NCBI GenBank assembly: GCA_964016885.1
Contig: CAXHJY010001274.1
Location: 90,941-154,940 of the forward strand
Direction: 5' to 3'
Source of the DNA: Eledone cirrhosa
Lineage: Eukaryota
Length of the DNA stretch: 64,000 nt
Positions 12,737 through 27,533 of this stretch are shown in pieces. Each line of letters opens with the position of its first letter. Positions within the stretch are counted from its first letter, which is position 1. The notes under the pieces are model-generated. The model did not search any database, was not told the DNA's origin, and was given only the letters and a program-made list of their open reading frames with translations. A program made the translations under genes and the position numbers.

Positions 12737-12789
12737 ATTGGAAGCTTAGTAAAATCGAAGCTTTGGCTGTGGGCAAACAAAGTCGACCT

Positions 12790-12837
<48 letters not shown>

Positions 12838-12839
<2 letters not shown>

Positions 12840-12970
12840 CGAAGGAAATGTGGTAAGGAACCAGGTGGACCATAACGCACAAAAGTACTCAATACTTAGG
12901 GTAGTAGAGTGGGTAATAGGAACCAGTAAGACCCCGACGGCTGAGCTCAGCCGTCGGGGTCTTACTGGTT

Positions 12971-12975
<5 letters not shown>
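12838..12975. mobile_element. Penelope pLTR fragment ending in a perfect ~60-bp palindrome, (TA)n both sides
   Basis: ataggaaccagtaagaccccgacggctgag|ctcagccgtcggggtcttactggttcctat. Confidence 0.85.
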
Positions 12976-13015
<40 letters not shown>

Positions 13016-13208
13016 TTGGGTTTGTTGGTTCACCACTGGATAGAACTGGTCATTCTGTGTGGTCAACCACGATGTAATGTTAAGGAAAGCACTCAACGTA
13101 ATCCAACTCACCCTTCTTCGTTTGTGTAGTTGGTGGTGCGAGTACGGAGTTAATTATTACAAAATAACAGGAGGCATGTACTGGTGTAAATCCTTGAAAG
13201 GTTTATTA

Positions 13209-13264
13209 TACTATGATCATTTCAATAACCGGGTTCAGTATGAATCCGGTGACATCATCAGGTA
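13209..13264 (-). ncRNA. Type I hammerhead ribozyme
   Basis: Minus: tac CTGATGA tgtcaccggattca tac tgaacccggttatt GAAA tgatca TA gta, then AATAAA. Confidence 0.82.
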
Positions 13265-13789
13265 ATTCAAAATATAACGAAGGAATAAAACAAAAATTCA
13301 TGGTGTTTAAATCAGAGACAGGGGGGTGGCCGGCAATTTAGCAGCTTCTAGCTACATCGACCGCCCTCAAGTGCTGATTATTGGGTCTAGATACTACCAT
13401 CTGGTGTGGGGGCGCAAGCCCTTAATGTACCACCACCATCCCGTCAGATGGGAATGTCAGTGCTGAGGTCACGCGTCAATCAGGCTGGTCAGGCATGCTC
13501 GATATTGCCGCGAAATATGTTTTTTCAAGGACAAACATCATCCGCGAAGACAGACATAGAGAATAAAAAGGGAGTGAGTGTGTGTGAATGAAAGAGAGAT
13601 AGAGAGTGACAGAGAGAGTAGAACAGAGAGAGAGAGTGAGGGAGAATGAAAAACAGAGAGATTGACTGAGAGAGTGAGAAAGAGAGAGTGTATGTAAGTG
13701 ATATAGAGAGAAAGTGACAATTAATATAAGGAGACTTTTATGAAGAAGTTTAAGTGTGATATATATAGTCACGATAAATTGTCAGGGTG

Positions 13790-14420
13790 GTATATATAGT
13801 AAAAATACGCCCGTGCTAGTGGTCAATAACCAGCGACGACTGCGGGCCCCCGCGCCATCCACCCCCTCCCCCGCGTGCCAGCTGTTCCGAGTAATATCGT
13901 CTAGCGAGAGAAATGGAAATTAGTTTTTCCGAGCACTCCAGGAATGTAACTGTCTTAGGCGTCGGTTGTGTCAGCGCGGAGCCGGCCCCTCGCCGGCTGG
14001 CCATCGTATATACCAAGTGGTTGGTATTATATCACACAGTGTGGGGGTTTAGTTAAGTGCTAGTAGGAAGAGGCATGATACAGCTAAAGGTTATGACTAA
14101 ACCTAGAAAATAAAGGTAGTATTTGGCGGTCAATGCCAGCGGCGCGGCTAGTCCCAGGCCCGCCCTAGCCCCGGGACGAAGCAGCGTTTCCGAGTAATTT
14201 CGTTTATCGAAAGAAGAAGAAATCTATTTTTCCAAGCACTCAAGGAAGGCTAAAACGTCCGATTGCCCGGCGCACAATCAGGGAATCCGTCACATCCGTC
14301 GGATTATCGCGTATTACCAGACGATTAATATTTATTCACACCCGTGGTGTGAAGTTGAAAGTGGTAAAACGCGATGAAATGCGCTAATAGACTATATCTA
14401 GTCCCCATTTAGTCCGGGTT
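13790..14420. mobile_element. Unclassified GC-rich repeat with internal duplication (possible DNA-transposon derivative)
   Basis: ~13820-13950 and ~14128-14250 are diverged direct copies (ggtcaat..ccagc..ttccgagtaat..gcactc). Confidence 0.35.
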
Positions 14421-14795
14421 ATATTAGTGTGGTTCTAGGGTGGGTAGGGGGAGTGAATAAGGAAACAGATATATGGGTACATAGAGTAATATTCCAGGTT
14501 CGTGTGCAAATGATCACAGTGGTAGTTATGTATTGGGAATAGAGCGAGTAAGTAAATACATAAGTAAAAGGAATAATAAGCAAAATACAACATAAAAAAT
14601 AAAAAGCCAAATACGTAAATAAATAAAACAATAAAAATACATAGATAAAATGCAGTCATAACTAGGGTGGTGGTGCATGGAGTAAAACGGAAGTACAGAG
14701 AAGATATCGAAGAAATCAAAACATAGGGGAAATATATATATATATATATATATATATAAAGAGTCAGTACCCCCACGGCTGAGCTCATGCCGTTT

Positions 14796-14831
<36 letters not shown>

Positions 14832-14862
14832 CCCAGCATGTCCTCAGCCCGTCGGCTGGTAC

Positions 14863-14929
<67 letters not shown>

Positions 14930-15096
14930 TATATGTATATATCGCAGAAAATATCATACTCTGCTCTATGAGAGCATCGAGTGCTCATACGGACGCTTTA
15001 AGCATCCAACACCAATTATATATATATATATATATATATATATCATATTTTAAATGCTGGAGAGAACAACAAAGATTTATGAATACATATATATAT

Positions 15097-15280
15097 AATT
15101 GTTTCTACTTTAGGCACAAGGCCAGCAATTACCCAGTGCATTACTGGTACTTTATTTTATCGACCCCGTAAGGATGAAAGGCAAAGTCAACCTCGGCGGG
15201 ATTTGAACTCAGATCGTAAAGGGACGTAACAATGCTTGAAAGCATGGCGTCCGACCCTCTACTGATACTGCCAATACTGC
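15097..15280 (-). mobile_element. tRNA-derived SINE family 2 (Deu/Nin-like central domain)
   Basis: Sense strand gagttcaaatcccgccgagg (B box) + ctttgcctttcatccttacggggtcgataaaataaagtacc; many copies in the window. Confidence 0.8.
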
Positions 15281-15568
15281 ACAGTAAGAATGGACATAGA
15301 TGTTCGGATGTCGAATTTAAAACGATATTTGAATATGATTTTTTGCTCTGCTTATAATACGATTGTTAAACTTTCTCTTTTTCCATCTAATCGCATGGCT
15401 CGCTAGTCTCGCAATCTACATGCATTGAGCACACTAACCTTCCCTCTACTGACTAGTAATCTGCATAACTAATCACTTTGTTCTTCTCCTGATTAGCTTA
15501 CTTACTTTTTACTCTGTATATATATGTACCAGAAAAGGGATAAATACTACCATATAACTTGAACAGTC

Positions 15569-15619
15569 GGCTTCCTGATGATTTCTCCCGAATGAAACAG
15601 TTCTAGTCCAGTAGAAGCC
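15569..15619 (+). ncRNA. Type I hammerhead ribozyme motif
   Basis: ggcttc CTGATGA tttctcccgaat GAAA cagttctagtccag TA gaagcc; 6-bp stem I; same family as 61601-61974. Confidence 0.8.
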
Positions 15620-15769
15620 ATTTCTATATTAAATATTTATACTCTGCTATGTATTTAGTACCTTACTTACTGTAGTTACCCCCGTTTGAACCCGAGATAA
15701 ACTTATATATATATATATATTAAAATACAAATATTAATAAAATAGATGTTCTTGTGATTAATTAAATTG

Positions 15770-15814
15770 TATTATACATATTTCAGAGGTACAACAGTAC
15801 GTCCTCATCAGATA
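15770..15814 (-). ncRNA. Type I hammerhead ribozyme motif
   Basis: Minus: tat CTGATGA ggacgtactgttgtacctct GAAA tatgta TA ata. Confidence 0.75.
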
Positions 15815-15985
15815 AAATAAAATGAAACATGACATACCTTGAGATGTTAAATGGTTAAGATTTAATCAATACATACATATACACTCAGAGTGTCCCAAAA
15901 ACATGTATACACACTTCAACAGCATCCTAATAAATATTGCTTGTACAAGCAATCAAAGTGTGTATACATTTGGGGAGGGAGAAAC

Positions 15986-16085
<100 letters not shown>

Positions 16086-16834
16086 TGTGTGTGTGTGTGC
16101 GTGCGTGCGTGCGCAAGAGAGAGAGAGAGAGTGGCTGACAGACTGAATGACTGCTAGACAGATGTGTGTATAGTCTTCTTGATTTAATAATGATTATTGA
16201 TATGTAGATTTATCTATTTCCTTATTTCCCCATGTCTCTCCGTGCATCTACATGCATGCGTGAGTGTGCGCATGCGTGTGCGTGTGCAAGTGCGCGTGTG
16301 TGTGCGTGTGCGCGTATGCTTGTGAGTGTGTACATGACCTTATCAGTTGCTTTCGAAGTTGTCTTCCTTCCGAGATAGATTAAATATAGAACCATTTTTA
16401 TTGCTCATTCAGATGGGGAAAAGGTAACATCAATGATATTTATAGGGTGGTGGGGTGATTTGAAGAGATGGTACATCAAGTAGAGTCGTTTTAATAGGCT
16501 TCAACGTGAGTTCGATCAAACTTTGAAACATTCGATTATAAAAAGGAAGTTCTATGTAAATAACCATGCTTTTGCTCCTGTATGCTAAATACATACGGTG
16601 ATTTAATCAGCTATTCATTTCATATCTGGTAAAGGCATATCAATGCATCTGTGTAAGTTAGGCATCATTTAATGATTTATCAGATCAACCAATATGTATT
16701 TCTTTAATATCGTTACATAACACAGATTCTTCTAAACATTCTTAAGATAATTCAACGTGATGAGAGTTTCCACCCAATCACATGGCATGCTAGAAAGAAT
16801 AGCTATATCACTCTCAAATCCCACACCGCTACCT

Positions 16835-17060
16835 TCCTCTTCTTCTTCACCCACTTATTCCTGAGAGGGTCTTGGGGACAGAGTCTTCAAACACTCCTTC
16901 CAGTGGGTCCTGTCGGAATTACAGTCTCCAACTGATCCGGCTGGATCCCCAAGCGTGACCAGCCAAGCTCATGGATGTTATCCACGCATCATGCCCGGGG
17001 GGTCTACTCCTGGGTCTCTTGCCCTTAAAATCTGTCCGGCGATTCTTTCCTGAGACATTC
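16835..17060 (-). mobile_element. 3' fragment of an RTE-like LINE
   Basis: Minus peptide ...RIAGQILRARDP..RG; (GAA)-like tail; GC-richer than flanks. Confidence 0.4.
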
Positions 17061-17783
17061 TAACCACTATCTTGAAAACAAAAGTAAGCATTCGATAAGT
17101 TAGTCTTAGGTACAGTATGTCCGAAAATAAAACCATGATAATCTCGGCTAGAAGGCATTTTTTTATGTTGCTGTTCGACAAGGTTTGGTCTATGACTAAA
17201 CAACACATACCAAAGCAACTTCAATGGGAGTATTAGCATATTTCCAACTTTCATAAAGACAACAGCAGATATCAATTAATGACTGATGCTTATCAGTGTC
17301 AGTGAATTTCTTGACGTGATAAAAATGAATTAAAAAAAACTCTATAAAGCGTTCATCCGGTCAGACGAAACAGTTTATTAGTTTCTGCTATAAAAATATA
17401 ACATAGATGAACAAAACGAACTAGTTCAGTCTGTGAGAATGCATCCACAATTTCTATTAAATTTTATCTCTTTATTTCTTCGTTTGTTTGTTTTTTATAT
17501 ATATTTTACATACTGATGGAATAACTTTTCTCTTAATAGCCTTTAAACTAGCCTATTCTATTTATTTGTTTTTGTTTTACTAGTTTTTAAAAAAATAAAA
17601 TACTATCTTTTGTAAGGTTTGATCTCCGTTCGTCATTAGGTGACGAATGCAGTAGTATTTAAATTATATTTTATAAAACAGGAAGGATGAAATTTACAGA
17701 CTGAAAGATTATTTCATTAGGATTCATAAAAAAAATTCATCTAAAGAAATTTTCGTTTATAAAATTTTCATTCTTTGCTAATT

Positions 17784-17974
17784 AATTGTTTCTACTTTTG
17801 GCACAAGGCCAGCAATTTCTTCAGTGTATTACTGGTACTTTATTTTATCGACCCCGTAAGGATGAAAGGCAAAGTTAACCTCGGCGGGATTTGAACTCAG
17901 ATCATAAAGGGCCGTAACTCTTTGCTACAAAGCATGGCGTCCGACTCTCTACCGATACTACCAATCCACCGCCC
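17784..17974 (-). mobile_element. SINE family 2 copy
   Basis: Near-identical to 15097-15280 and 43328-43730. Confidence 0.85.
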
Positions 17975-18196
17975 TAATTATTCTTTGCTAAATAATAAAC
18001 TCAAATAGTAGCTTTAACTAACATTTGACGGAGAATTAAATGAAATTCTCTCATCGTTATATTTAGAACAGCCTGGAAAATAGAAATGTTTTCTTCATTC
18101 TGCCAAACTTATCCCAGAAATCTTGAACAAAATTATTGCCAAATTGTCCCAGCCATAATGATTTATTTTTATCAGATATAGGACGACATTATTCAA

Positions 18197-18405
18197 AGGT
18201 GGTGGATTGGCAGAGCGTCGGGCAACATGCTTAGTGGCATAGAGTTTTGCCCTTTTATGTTTTGAGTTCAAATCCCGCCGAGATGAGCTTTACCTTTCAT
18301 CCTTACGGGGTCGAGAAAATAAACTACCAGTAATGCACTGGATCGATTTAATCGACTTTCCTCTCCTCAAAATTGGTTGGCCTTGTGCCTAAATCAGAAA
18401 CAATT
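18197..18405 (+). mobile_element. SINE family 2 copy
   Basis: ggtggattggcag...gagttcaaatcccgccgag...tttcatccttacggggtcga...ggccttgtgcc. Confidence 0.8.
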
Positions 18406-19026
18406 ATTCCATGTGTCTGTTTTGTAAGACGCTGTGGTGTAGTGTTACGCTGTTTAAGCGAGATTTGGTTGCAGTTTCTTCCTATTCAATGGATGGATGT
18501 ATATATATGTACATATAAGAAGGTGTATTGATAGAGATACATTAGAGAAATAGTGAATCAAGGAAGAAAAAGAAGTCAGTAGATAAGGCAATGCCGTTAA
18601 TATCAATGTTTTCATGGAACGTAATGTGTCACGTGAATGAGAATTTTGATTCTAGGGTGTGACTAACCTGATTATCAAAATCCTATTTTGTAGAAATGGC
18701 TTTTTGTCTTATTCTTAAGATGCATTAAACACCGATGTTTCAGGCAAGTTTTAAAGAGGTCTGTACAATTATATGTAGACTGGCACCACACCTTTTTGTA
18801 GATGTGGAGAGTGCATCTGTTGTTGACTGGCTGGGATCAATTGGGTGAAGTATGCTGAGTGCAACTTCAAGAAACGAGCAGGAGTTGTAATGGCGTTCGT
18901 ATTGGCTTTATATAGAGGGAGAGGGAGGAGGAAAGAAAGAAACGTATATGTGATAGACAGATATAGACATAGATAGATAGACACAGATAGACAGATATAG
19001 ATAGACAGACAGAGAGACAGACAGAC

Positions 19027-19079
<53 letters not shown>

Positions 19080-19332
19080 GATAGATAGATAGATAAATAG
19101 ATACCTTTCCATTTATTTGCCACCAGAGCATGAAAGATTGGGACAAATACAAAGGTGGGGGGGAGTTTACATACAATAAAACGAGTACAAAAATATAACA
19201 AACAAAATAAAACAATCGAAGTCCTCAATAGGGAGGGGGCGTTTTGGGGGTCGCACACACCCCCGAAAAAATGCGCAACCCTTCTCCTCGGGAGCACAAA
19301 GAGAGGGTGCTCCCTTCTCCTATTCTTTCCAC

Positions 19333-22300
19333 CTACAGGCTGATGTAGAGAGAAGGCCCATTCACAAGGGCCATTCTCGCCACTTTCACCCACCTTTCAT
19401 AAAACTGGCTGGGATGGAGCACCTCTCTCTCCATCCTGATCCTCCTTCCGAAATTATATCGGAAGAAAAGGACCAATTGTTGGCCGGAGAGAAAGGTGTC
19501 CGACCTTAGTCCTTTCAAACGCGTCCACCATACAACCTCTTTCACCATGGCTATTACACAGAGGAAGACCGCCTCTCCTTCGTTTTTGAAGCGGGGAGGC
19601 GGTTTGATCGTAACAATGGATTCGGTGGTCAACCGGATTGGTCCCACTCGTGACAGCAGTCGTTCCGCATAGCTCCACAGGTCGGCAACGCCCGGGCAGT
19701 GTACCAATGCGTGCGCGACGGTTTCCTCGTCACGCACGCATCTCGGACAGATCTTTTTCGAAGGGTCCCTACCCGGGCGCCCGTGTCTGTAGAGCTTGTC
19801 TCGAACGGGCAGAGCCCCACGGTAGCACTGCCAAACCAGGGACCTCTGGAAGTTGTCCATCGGTCCCCGGCCAAATGTCCTACCTGGCCAGTTCTTCCTC
19901 CTCCATGCCTAGGGCTTCTCCGAGGGCATCGTCGCACATGCTGCTGACCAACCCTCTATAGAATGTCGAGGTGGAGTCTCCACTGATAGCTGGTTCCGCC
20001 TGCCAAAGAGCCGTGAGCGCCTGAGCACACTCCGCGTGCAAGGCGGCCAGTTTTCTCGGTCTTTGCTTGACCCAGGATTGTAGCTCGGTAAGCGAGACGA
20101 GTCTGGGAAAGGCTCGCCTCACAAACGGGGCCCACACCGGTTGACCGGTGAGGAATACCTGGAGGTGCCGTAGCCTTAATGAGTATTTGCGCATCTGCAG
20201 CCAGGACTTCTTCCAAAGGAATTGGAAGAGTGCGCGCTCCATTTTGGTGAGCGTTTCACCTGGGCAAGGCACGGCAGTCAAGTGGTAATAGATGACGGAC
20301 GCTATATAAGCGTTCGCCACTTACGCCCGACCTTTCAGGGATAGTTTGCACTCGGCCCACTTCTGGGCCAGTGCAAACACTCTGTTCGTTACCTCACTCC
20401 AGTTCTTCTCCACCTGGAGGTCTGGTCCGAACCAAACCCCGAGCTGCTTCACCGGGCCCTCCGTCCAACGTCCGACGACGCCGTCGGAGGGCGTCGGTTT
20501 GCCCCTCCACGCGCTGAGTTGCAAACCGACGGACTTGTCCCGGTTCAGCTTCGCCCCTGTAAACCTTTCGTATTTCTCCAGTAAGGTGCCGATCGCCCCG
20601 ATTTCCGAGGTATTCGACACCATTACTGTCACGTCATCGCCGTAGGCCGACACCGCTTTCCGCAATCCCGGTTCCAAAGGGATGCCCTGCAACAACTCCA
20701 ACTTCCGCAGCACTGGCTCGAGAGCCAGCACATACAGAAGGGAGGAGAGAGGGCACTCCTGTCGGATGGACCGCACGATTTGGAACGGCTCCGAGAGGTT
20801 GCCGTTCACCTTGACCCTCGAGCAGATGCAGCTGCTGTGCATTGCAGTAATCCAGCCCCTGAAAACGGGTCCGAAACCTGCCGCTGCTAGCACCGCATCC
20901 AGGTAACCATGGTCGACCCTATCGAACGCTTTAGATTGATCCAAGTTGATCAGGGCCCCACCAAAGCCGGGTTCATTCCCTACCCTCTCTATGATGTATC
21001 GCATGAGGTGGAGGTTGTCGTGAATGGACCTGGACGGGATAGCGAATGTCTGCACATCACCCACCAGGTTGACCACGACAAGCGCCAACCTCTTTGCTAA
21101 CACCTTGGCCAAAATCTTTAACTCCGCATTTAACAGAGTTATGGGCCTGAAATTACTTATTTCATCCCCTTGTTCTTGTCCTTCCTCACTAGTGATACTA
21201 CGCCCTTGGTCACAGAACAGGGAATTATCCCGTTCTATTGCCAGTTGCAGTAGACCGCCTCGAGGAGATCGGAGAAAAAGTCCGGCATCGCTACATAAAG
21301 TTCGTATGGAAGACCATCGAGACCCGGAGATTTGCGTTTGCCGCATTTCCTCAGCACGTCCCCTATTTCAGAAGCTGAAATTGGCCTTTCGCAGGACTTC
21401 GCCTCCTCGTTCGAAAGACGCGGTAGGCCGTCGAGGTACGGACCGAAATCCACATCCCCATCCGGCCCCTCGCCCTTCCCGAACAGTCGTGCAAAGTGCC
21501 TTTGAAAGGCCTCACACATCTGTCCAGGTTCAAGGATCACCCGTCCATCCTGGTCCTTCAACGACCGGATAGTGAATTTAATCCCACTTTTGGCTTCTGT
21601 CACCCGGGCCCAGCTAACAGCTTTGGCCCCCTCGTTTCCTAGAGCACGTATTTTGCTTCTGACAACGCAGCCTTCGTGCTTCGCGTCGAAAAACTGGTCT
21701 AAGGCCGTTTACGACGCTAGCAGTCTGGCTACGTTGCCGCTTCTAATCGCCTCTTCTACTCTATCTACCAACTCCCTTTCCTTCCTATTCCTATCTGAGG
21801 CTAATTCCTTACTAAAACCTATCAAGTCTACTCTAATCTCTCTCTTGAGAGAGCCCCACCACCTGCTGTTGACGATAGCCCCCGTCAACCGTTCCTTAAG
21901 TAAAGCGCTAATCCGATCCCTGTAAGCTTTACTTGCCGGTAAGGACAAGTTCAGCTTCCAGTAACCGAGTCCCTGTCTATGCGTTCTATCAAGGTTGACT
22001 AAGCAGGTCACTAATTTGTGATCTGAATAGCCAACCATGCGCATCTCTGGACAACTTAGTAGGTCCCTATCCTTATTTCTAACTAGGACCCTATCTAGGT
22101 ACGATCTAGATGATCCGCTACGGTTAGTCCAAGTCCAAGTTGGAGCAGTCGGAAAATCTAGTCGATATCTATCGGCCAGGTCAAATCGGCCGATTAACCG
22201 TTTGAGGCTCTTACACCCCCCCCCCCTCTATCGGGACATGCCCCTACATAGTCCTAACGTGCATCTAGGATACTATTCCAGTCCCCCACTAAAAGCAAGG

Positions 22301-22689
22301 AGCGGGACGTCCCTAGAAAAATCCCCAGACATTGGAAGAAGTCAGGCCTCGCTGTCCCAGGCGACCAGCCTAAAGGCTCCACCTTCACCACTGCCAACGT
22401 CTAGTACCACCAGTCGACCCTCAGGGTCCAAGTGCACCGTCTGCGTTGCGAGGCCCAGGTATTTTTGCAGCAGAACGACAACCCCACCCCCACCTCCTGG
22501 CTGACAGAGAGATGCATAGATCTCAAAGTCGTTAAAGGTGGGGTCTAGCTGGCGTTCGCTGCTGACCCTGGACTCGCAAATAGCCATGACATTTATACTG
22601 CGCGACCTGAAGTCATTTAGAAGTTTTGCCTGCTTCCAGGGTGAGCTCAGACCACGTGCATTCAAACATCCTACTCTCAATACAGCCAT
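19333..22689 (-). pseudogene. Disrupted ORF2 (APE-RT-ZnF) of copy B
   Basis: Six ORF pieces (22342-22689, 21709-22044, 21235-21603, 20321-21346, 19880-20320, 19333-19860) align to copy A ORF2; frameshifts, a stop, YGDD instead of YADD, deletion of the GGLG region. Confidence 0.92.
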
Positions 22690-22719
22690 GTTGGCGGCGA
22701 AGGGGAAGAAAAAGAAAAG

Positions 22720-24595
22720 GCACGTACCTCCTTACATCCCGGGGACCGGGCTGCACAACTTCCATGGGGGGGGGGGGCATCAGAGTGTGGTGGCGTTGGA
22801 GTGTTCGGTGTGGTGTGGGTGTCTGGGTGGGAGCGGGGAAATTTGTCAAGACGCCCTCAGGAAAATTGTCTTTTAGTTCTATATAAATGTCTATCGGAGT
22901 TTTAATCATTTTTAAAGAGGGGTTCTCTGTGTCCCTCGTGAAATTTGGCCCTTCGGTTTGCACCGAAGGGTTTTGTTCAATTTTGTTTACAAGTTTTATA
23001 TTTGTTGTGTTAAAGTATGTGTATAGTTGTGTCTGTGTAATTTTTGTTGGTTTTTGTTCTGTATTTTGTTGTTTTGTTTTGGGGAGGGGTTATTTTTCTT
23101 TGTGTGGGTGCGGTGTGTTTTCTTTTTTGTTCGCTTTATTTTTTGGAAGGGTTCCCCCTCGTCTTCTGACGTTAAGGGATCCTCTTCCATGTTGGAGAGG
23201 ATGGGTATATTTTGGGGTTTTGTTATGTATGTTGTTGGAGTTATTTAGGTGGGGAGGGGTTGGGTGGGACCGTGTTTAGTTTTTTGTTGACTTGTTGTGT
23301 TTGTTGTTTTGGGGGTGGTGATTGTGTTTTGTTTGTGGAGTTGTTTTAGGTGTGGAGGGGTTGGGTGGGTCCGTGTTCAGTATTTTGTTGACTTGTGGTG
23401 GTGGTGGTGGTGGTGGTGGTGGTGTTTTTGGAAGTGTTGGCAATAAAGGTTTTTTAGTTTGTTGAGGCCAGGCAGCCCTCAGGTGACCTCTGCCTCCACA
23501 GAGGTAGCAAGCGGGCCGCCTACCCTCAACTGCAATGTTCATAAATTGTGAGCCTTCCAGGGACACTCTTTGGGGTATCTTTGCGATACGTTCTGGTTTC
23601 ATTCGAACCAGAACCTGTATGCCTATACCGCCAAAGTGGCCCCTGGTGGCTTTGCCTATATCTAGGAGTTCATCTTCGTTGTCCAGTATCCCTGCTAGTA
23701 TCCACCACATATTTTTATTTGGGTGTATACCGGAGATTGTTATTTTTTTTAGTTTTCTTCCCCATGTAGGTGGGGAAGAAAGTGTACTGTTTGGACACAA
23801 TTGGCGACACCGAGTATTTTTGGGCCACCAATTGGTCCTTCATCAAAATTATCAGACTCCCATAAAACTTCCCTCTCTCAATAAAAATCATGTCCTTCAA
23901 CGCGTCTTTTAAAGCCAGTTCAATTTGGCTATGCGATAATTGAGTTGGTTTTTTCGACGCATCTGATATAGTTCTAAAATTAATTGTCCTTAGGACCGTG
24001 TCTCTTTTAATATCCTTAGGGGAGATTATGGTGAATTCACCGTTCTCACCAAAGCTCACATGTTTTCTCCCCTCTTTTAGCAATTCCGCTGCATTACTGA
24101 TGTGAACTGGGGTGAAAGGTTCGGTCTCCTTAACGACCTGGGCAAAGTATATTCGTGTAGTGGGGTCTTTTTTTGTGTTCCGTTGCTGTTGTTCTTGTTT
24201 TCTTGGGTGTTTGCGTTTTGGTTGTTGCTGTTTGCGGTACAAATTTTTGGGTTTTCACCCATCTTTTCGTGTTTTGGGTTCACATTTATGTTGTTTTCTT
24301 TGACATTGTTGCTGCTGTTTTCGCTTTTGTGTGTGTTTGTGTTATTTTCTTTGTTATTTGTGTTGGTGTTGTTGGTGTCAGTGTAATTTATACATGCTTT
24401 CAATTTACTGTTTCCATTGTTTGGGTTATTACCCAAGTTTTTACAATTGTTCGCCAAATTCACTTCCATACTCGCATGCGAAAGCGAGAGAAGGGAATCT
24501 TCAGTAGGTTGAGTTACTTGTTCCTCTTTATCACTTTCTCTGGGGAGGGGGGGGGGGGGCGTGGTAGTGGTGTTTTCATGTATGATGTCCATTAT
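22720..24595 (-). pseudogene. Disrupted ORF1 of copy B
   Basis: Pieces with FPTYMGKKT, EGRRPACYLCGGRGHLRAAW (last Cys lost) and PMEVVQP, homologous to copy A ORF1. Confidence 0.85.
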
Positions 24596-24750
24596 TGTAA
24601 GTTGATATACAAATTTTTCAAAGTAGCTTTTACCCCCAAAAAGGGGTAAAAATAAAATAACCATCCGTCTGCAAGTCCAGGTGGCAGGTTAGGTCACATA
24701 AATAAAGCAAATGAAACACAAACTCACAGTCTAAAACGTAATACAAATCC

Positions 24751-24758
24751 AAAATGGC
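24751..24758 (-). promoter_or_regulatory. YY1-like motif (GCCATTTT) in the 5' UTR of copy B
   Basis: About 35 nt from the element 5' end; L1-type internal promoters often carry a YY1 site. Confidence 0.3.
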
Positions 24759-26079
24759 TGCAACCGAAGTAACACACGTCTACTATCAATGATATATAGA
24801 TAGATAGATAGATAGATTGACAGACAGACAAATAGACAGTCATAGAGACCGACACACAGACAAACAGAGAGGCAGGCAGACATGCAGACAGACACAGATA
24901 GATAGAAAGATATATAGATAGAGAATTATTATGTGTAAGTTATATATTAGAGTACAAATTAGATGCTTGTATCACATAATGGAAGCAATATTTCATGAAC
25001 TTGTACAATTTGTGATTTTTGCTTGTGAGCACGCATGTTTTCTTAATAAATAGAGATGTTTATAGGCAACAGACATGGGAACATACAGGGGAATGAATAA
25101 GATAAGTAAAATTAATTGGTTTTAAACCTGATATCAAAACATAGTCGTCATCTTACTTTTCCTGGAATATGCGTTACACATTGAAATTAAGGATTTATAG
25201 CATTGGCTCACGCAATAGACTCAGTTTTAGGGAAACCGACAAATGACTTAATCGGTCAAAAGATTTAACCAATCACTTACTTTATCCAGGAATGTTGGTC
25301 TTCCTAGTTCACTCTTGAACATATTTGACTTTGGTTGAACCACAAAATCTCCCATATCCACTGGTGAGTGCTTTCTTTGTGTCCATTCACTTAATTCATC
25401 TCTTCCAAACAGAATCGCTTAAGTTGCTCTTAACGTCACACATAGCAACAATTGAACTATATATATATATAACTTGATTGTATTGACTTGTTTGTATTTT
25501 CGTTGTTGTAGTGGCTTTTGTGGTATTCTTTAGCAATTTGTCACAATTTTAACGTATATTTATTACTCTAAGATTTAACTTATCGATTTATCGATATCAT
25601 CTTATTGAGGGCTTCGTGAAAGCTTCTGAGGATTGTTCTTTCGAGGGATGCTAGGCGTAGCTGAAACTTCGATTTTACTCACTATCATTGTTATATACAT
25701 ACACGTACATTTCTCTCTCTCTTAATGTATAAAAAAGACAGTCGTTTCCTCTACTTTAGGTTCTGAGGTAGACGTGTAAATGCCCTGAGGTCTTTTGTTT
25801 ACAAACCGAAAAATAGATCGTGTTAAAACTTAACGTTCCCCGAAAATACCCGTACACGTCACATCACAATAATAATTATAACTTTTTTTAACATAGGTCA
25901 TGGCCAAATATTAAAAGATGGGTTTAGTCGATTTAAATCATTTCCACTTCTTCTCGACTGGTACATATTTTATCGACACCGAAATGATAAAAGGCACAGT
26001 TGACCTCGAATCGTAAAGAGCCGCAATAAATATCGCATACCATTTTTGTCAGACGTTCTAAAGATCAGGCCAATGCACC

Positions 26080-26110
<31 letters not shown>

Positions 26111-26739
26111 CCGTCGTCGCCGCCGTCGTCGTAGTAGTAGTGGTAGTGGTGGTGGTGGTGGTGGTGGTGGTGGTGGTGGTGGTGGTGGTGTTTGGTAGCA
26201 GTAGTGGTGATGGCGTTGGTGGTGGTGGCGGTGGGTTTAGTAGTAGTAGTGGTGGTGGTTGTGGTATTGGTGGTGGCGGCGGCGAGACGGCGGGGTTGAA
26301 GGTGAAGGTGGCGTAGATTATTTCATTAGTACATATTTATTAATAACGAAGCGATCGCTAATATATCGTAATATATCGGTAATACGTCTTAATACATTAT
26401 ACAGAAACAACAAAACAACCTATATTAAAACAATATCAACTTATGGGTGAACAATTGAGGACGGTCAACGTAATTTATGTTCTTCAGATCTTTGTAAGCT
26501 AATATAAAAATGGTTGTGCTCTCTATCAAAGAGAAATTAAGTTTTCTACCTTCACCCCACTTCTACAAATTATAGCCATATTAACAATATTGACGTGATA
26601 TTTCATCGCAAAATATCATCTATTAGTATATTTGTTATTTCCGATATTATTATATTAGGCGGTAACTTCGTGATCGAGTCTTCAATGAATATTTATATGT
26701 TATTGTGTAAGTATTATCATAAATATGTTATTATACAAG

Positions 26740-27533
<794 letters not shown>

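Larger units (their letters stand above)
19104..24790 (-). mobile_element. Full-length decayed Tx1/L1-clade retrotransposon, copy B (different subfamily), in (GATA)n
   Basis: Collinear with copy A; (GATA)n at ~18955-19103 and ~24798-24820. Confidence 0.93.

Noticed and set aside
25621-25680. Hammerhead candidate CTGAGGA...GAAA
   Set aside because: Stems I and III do not pair
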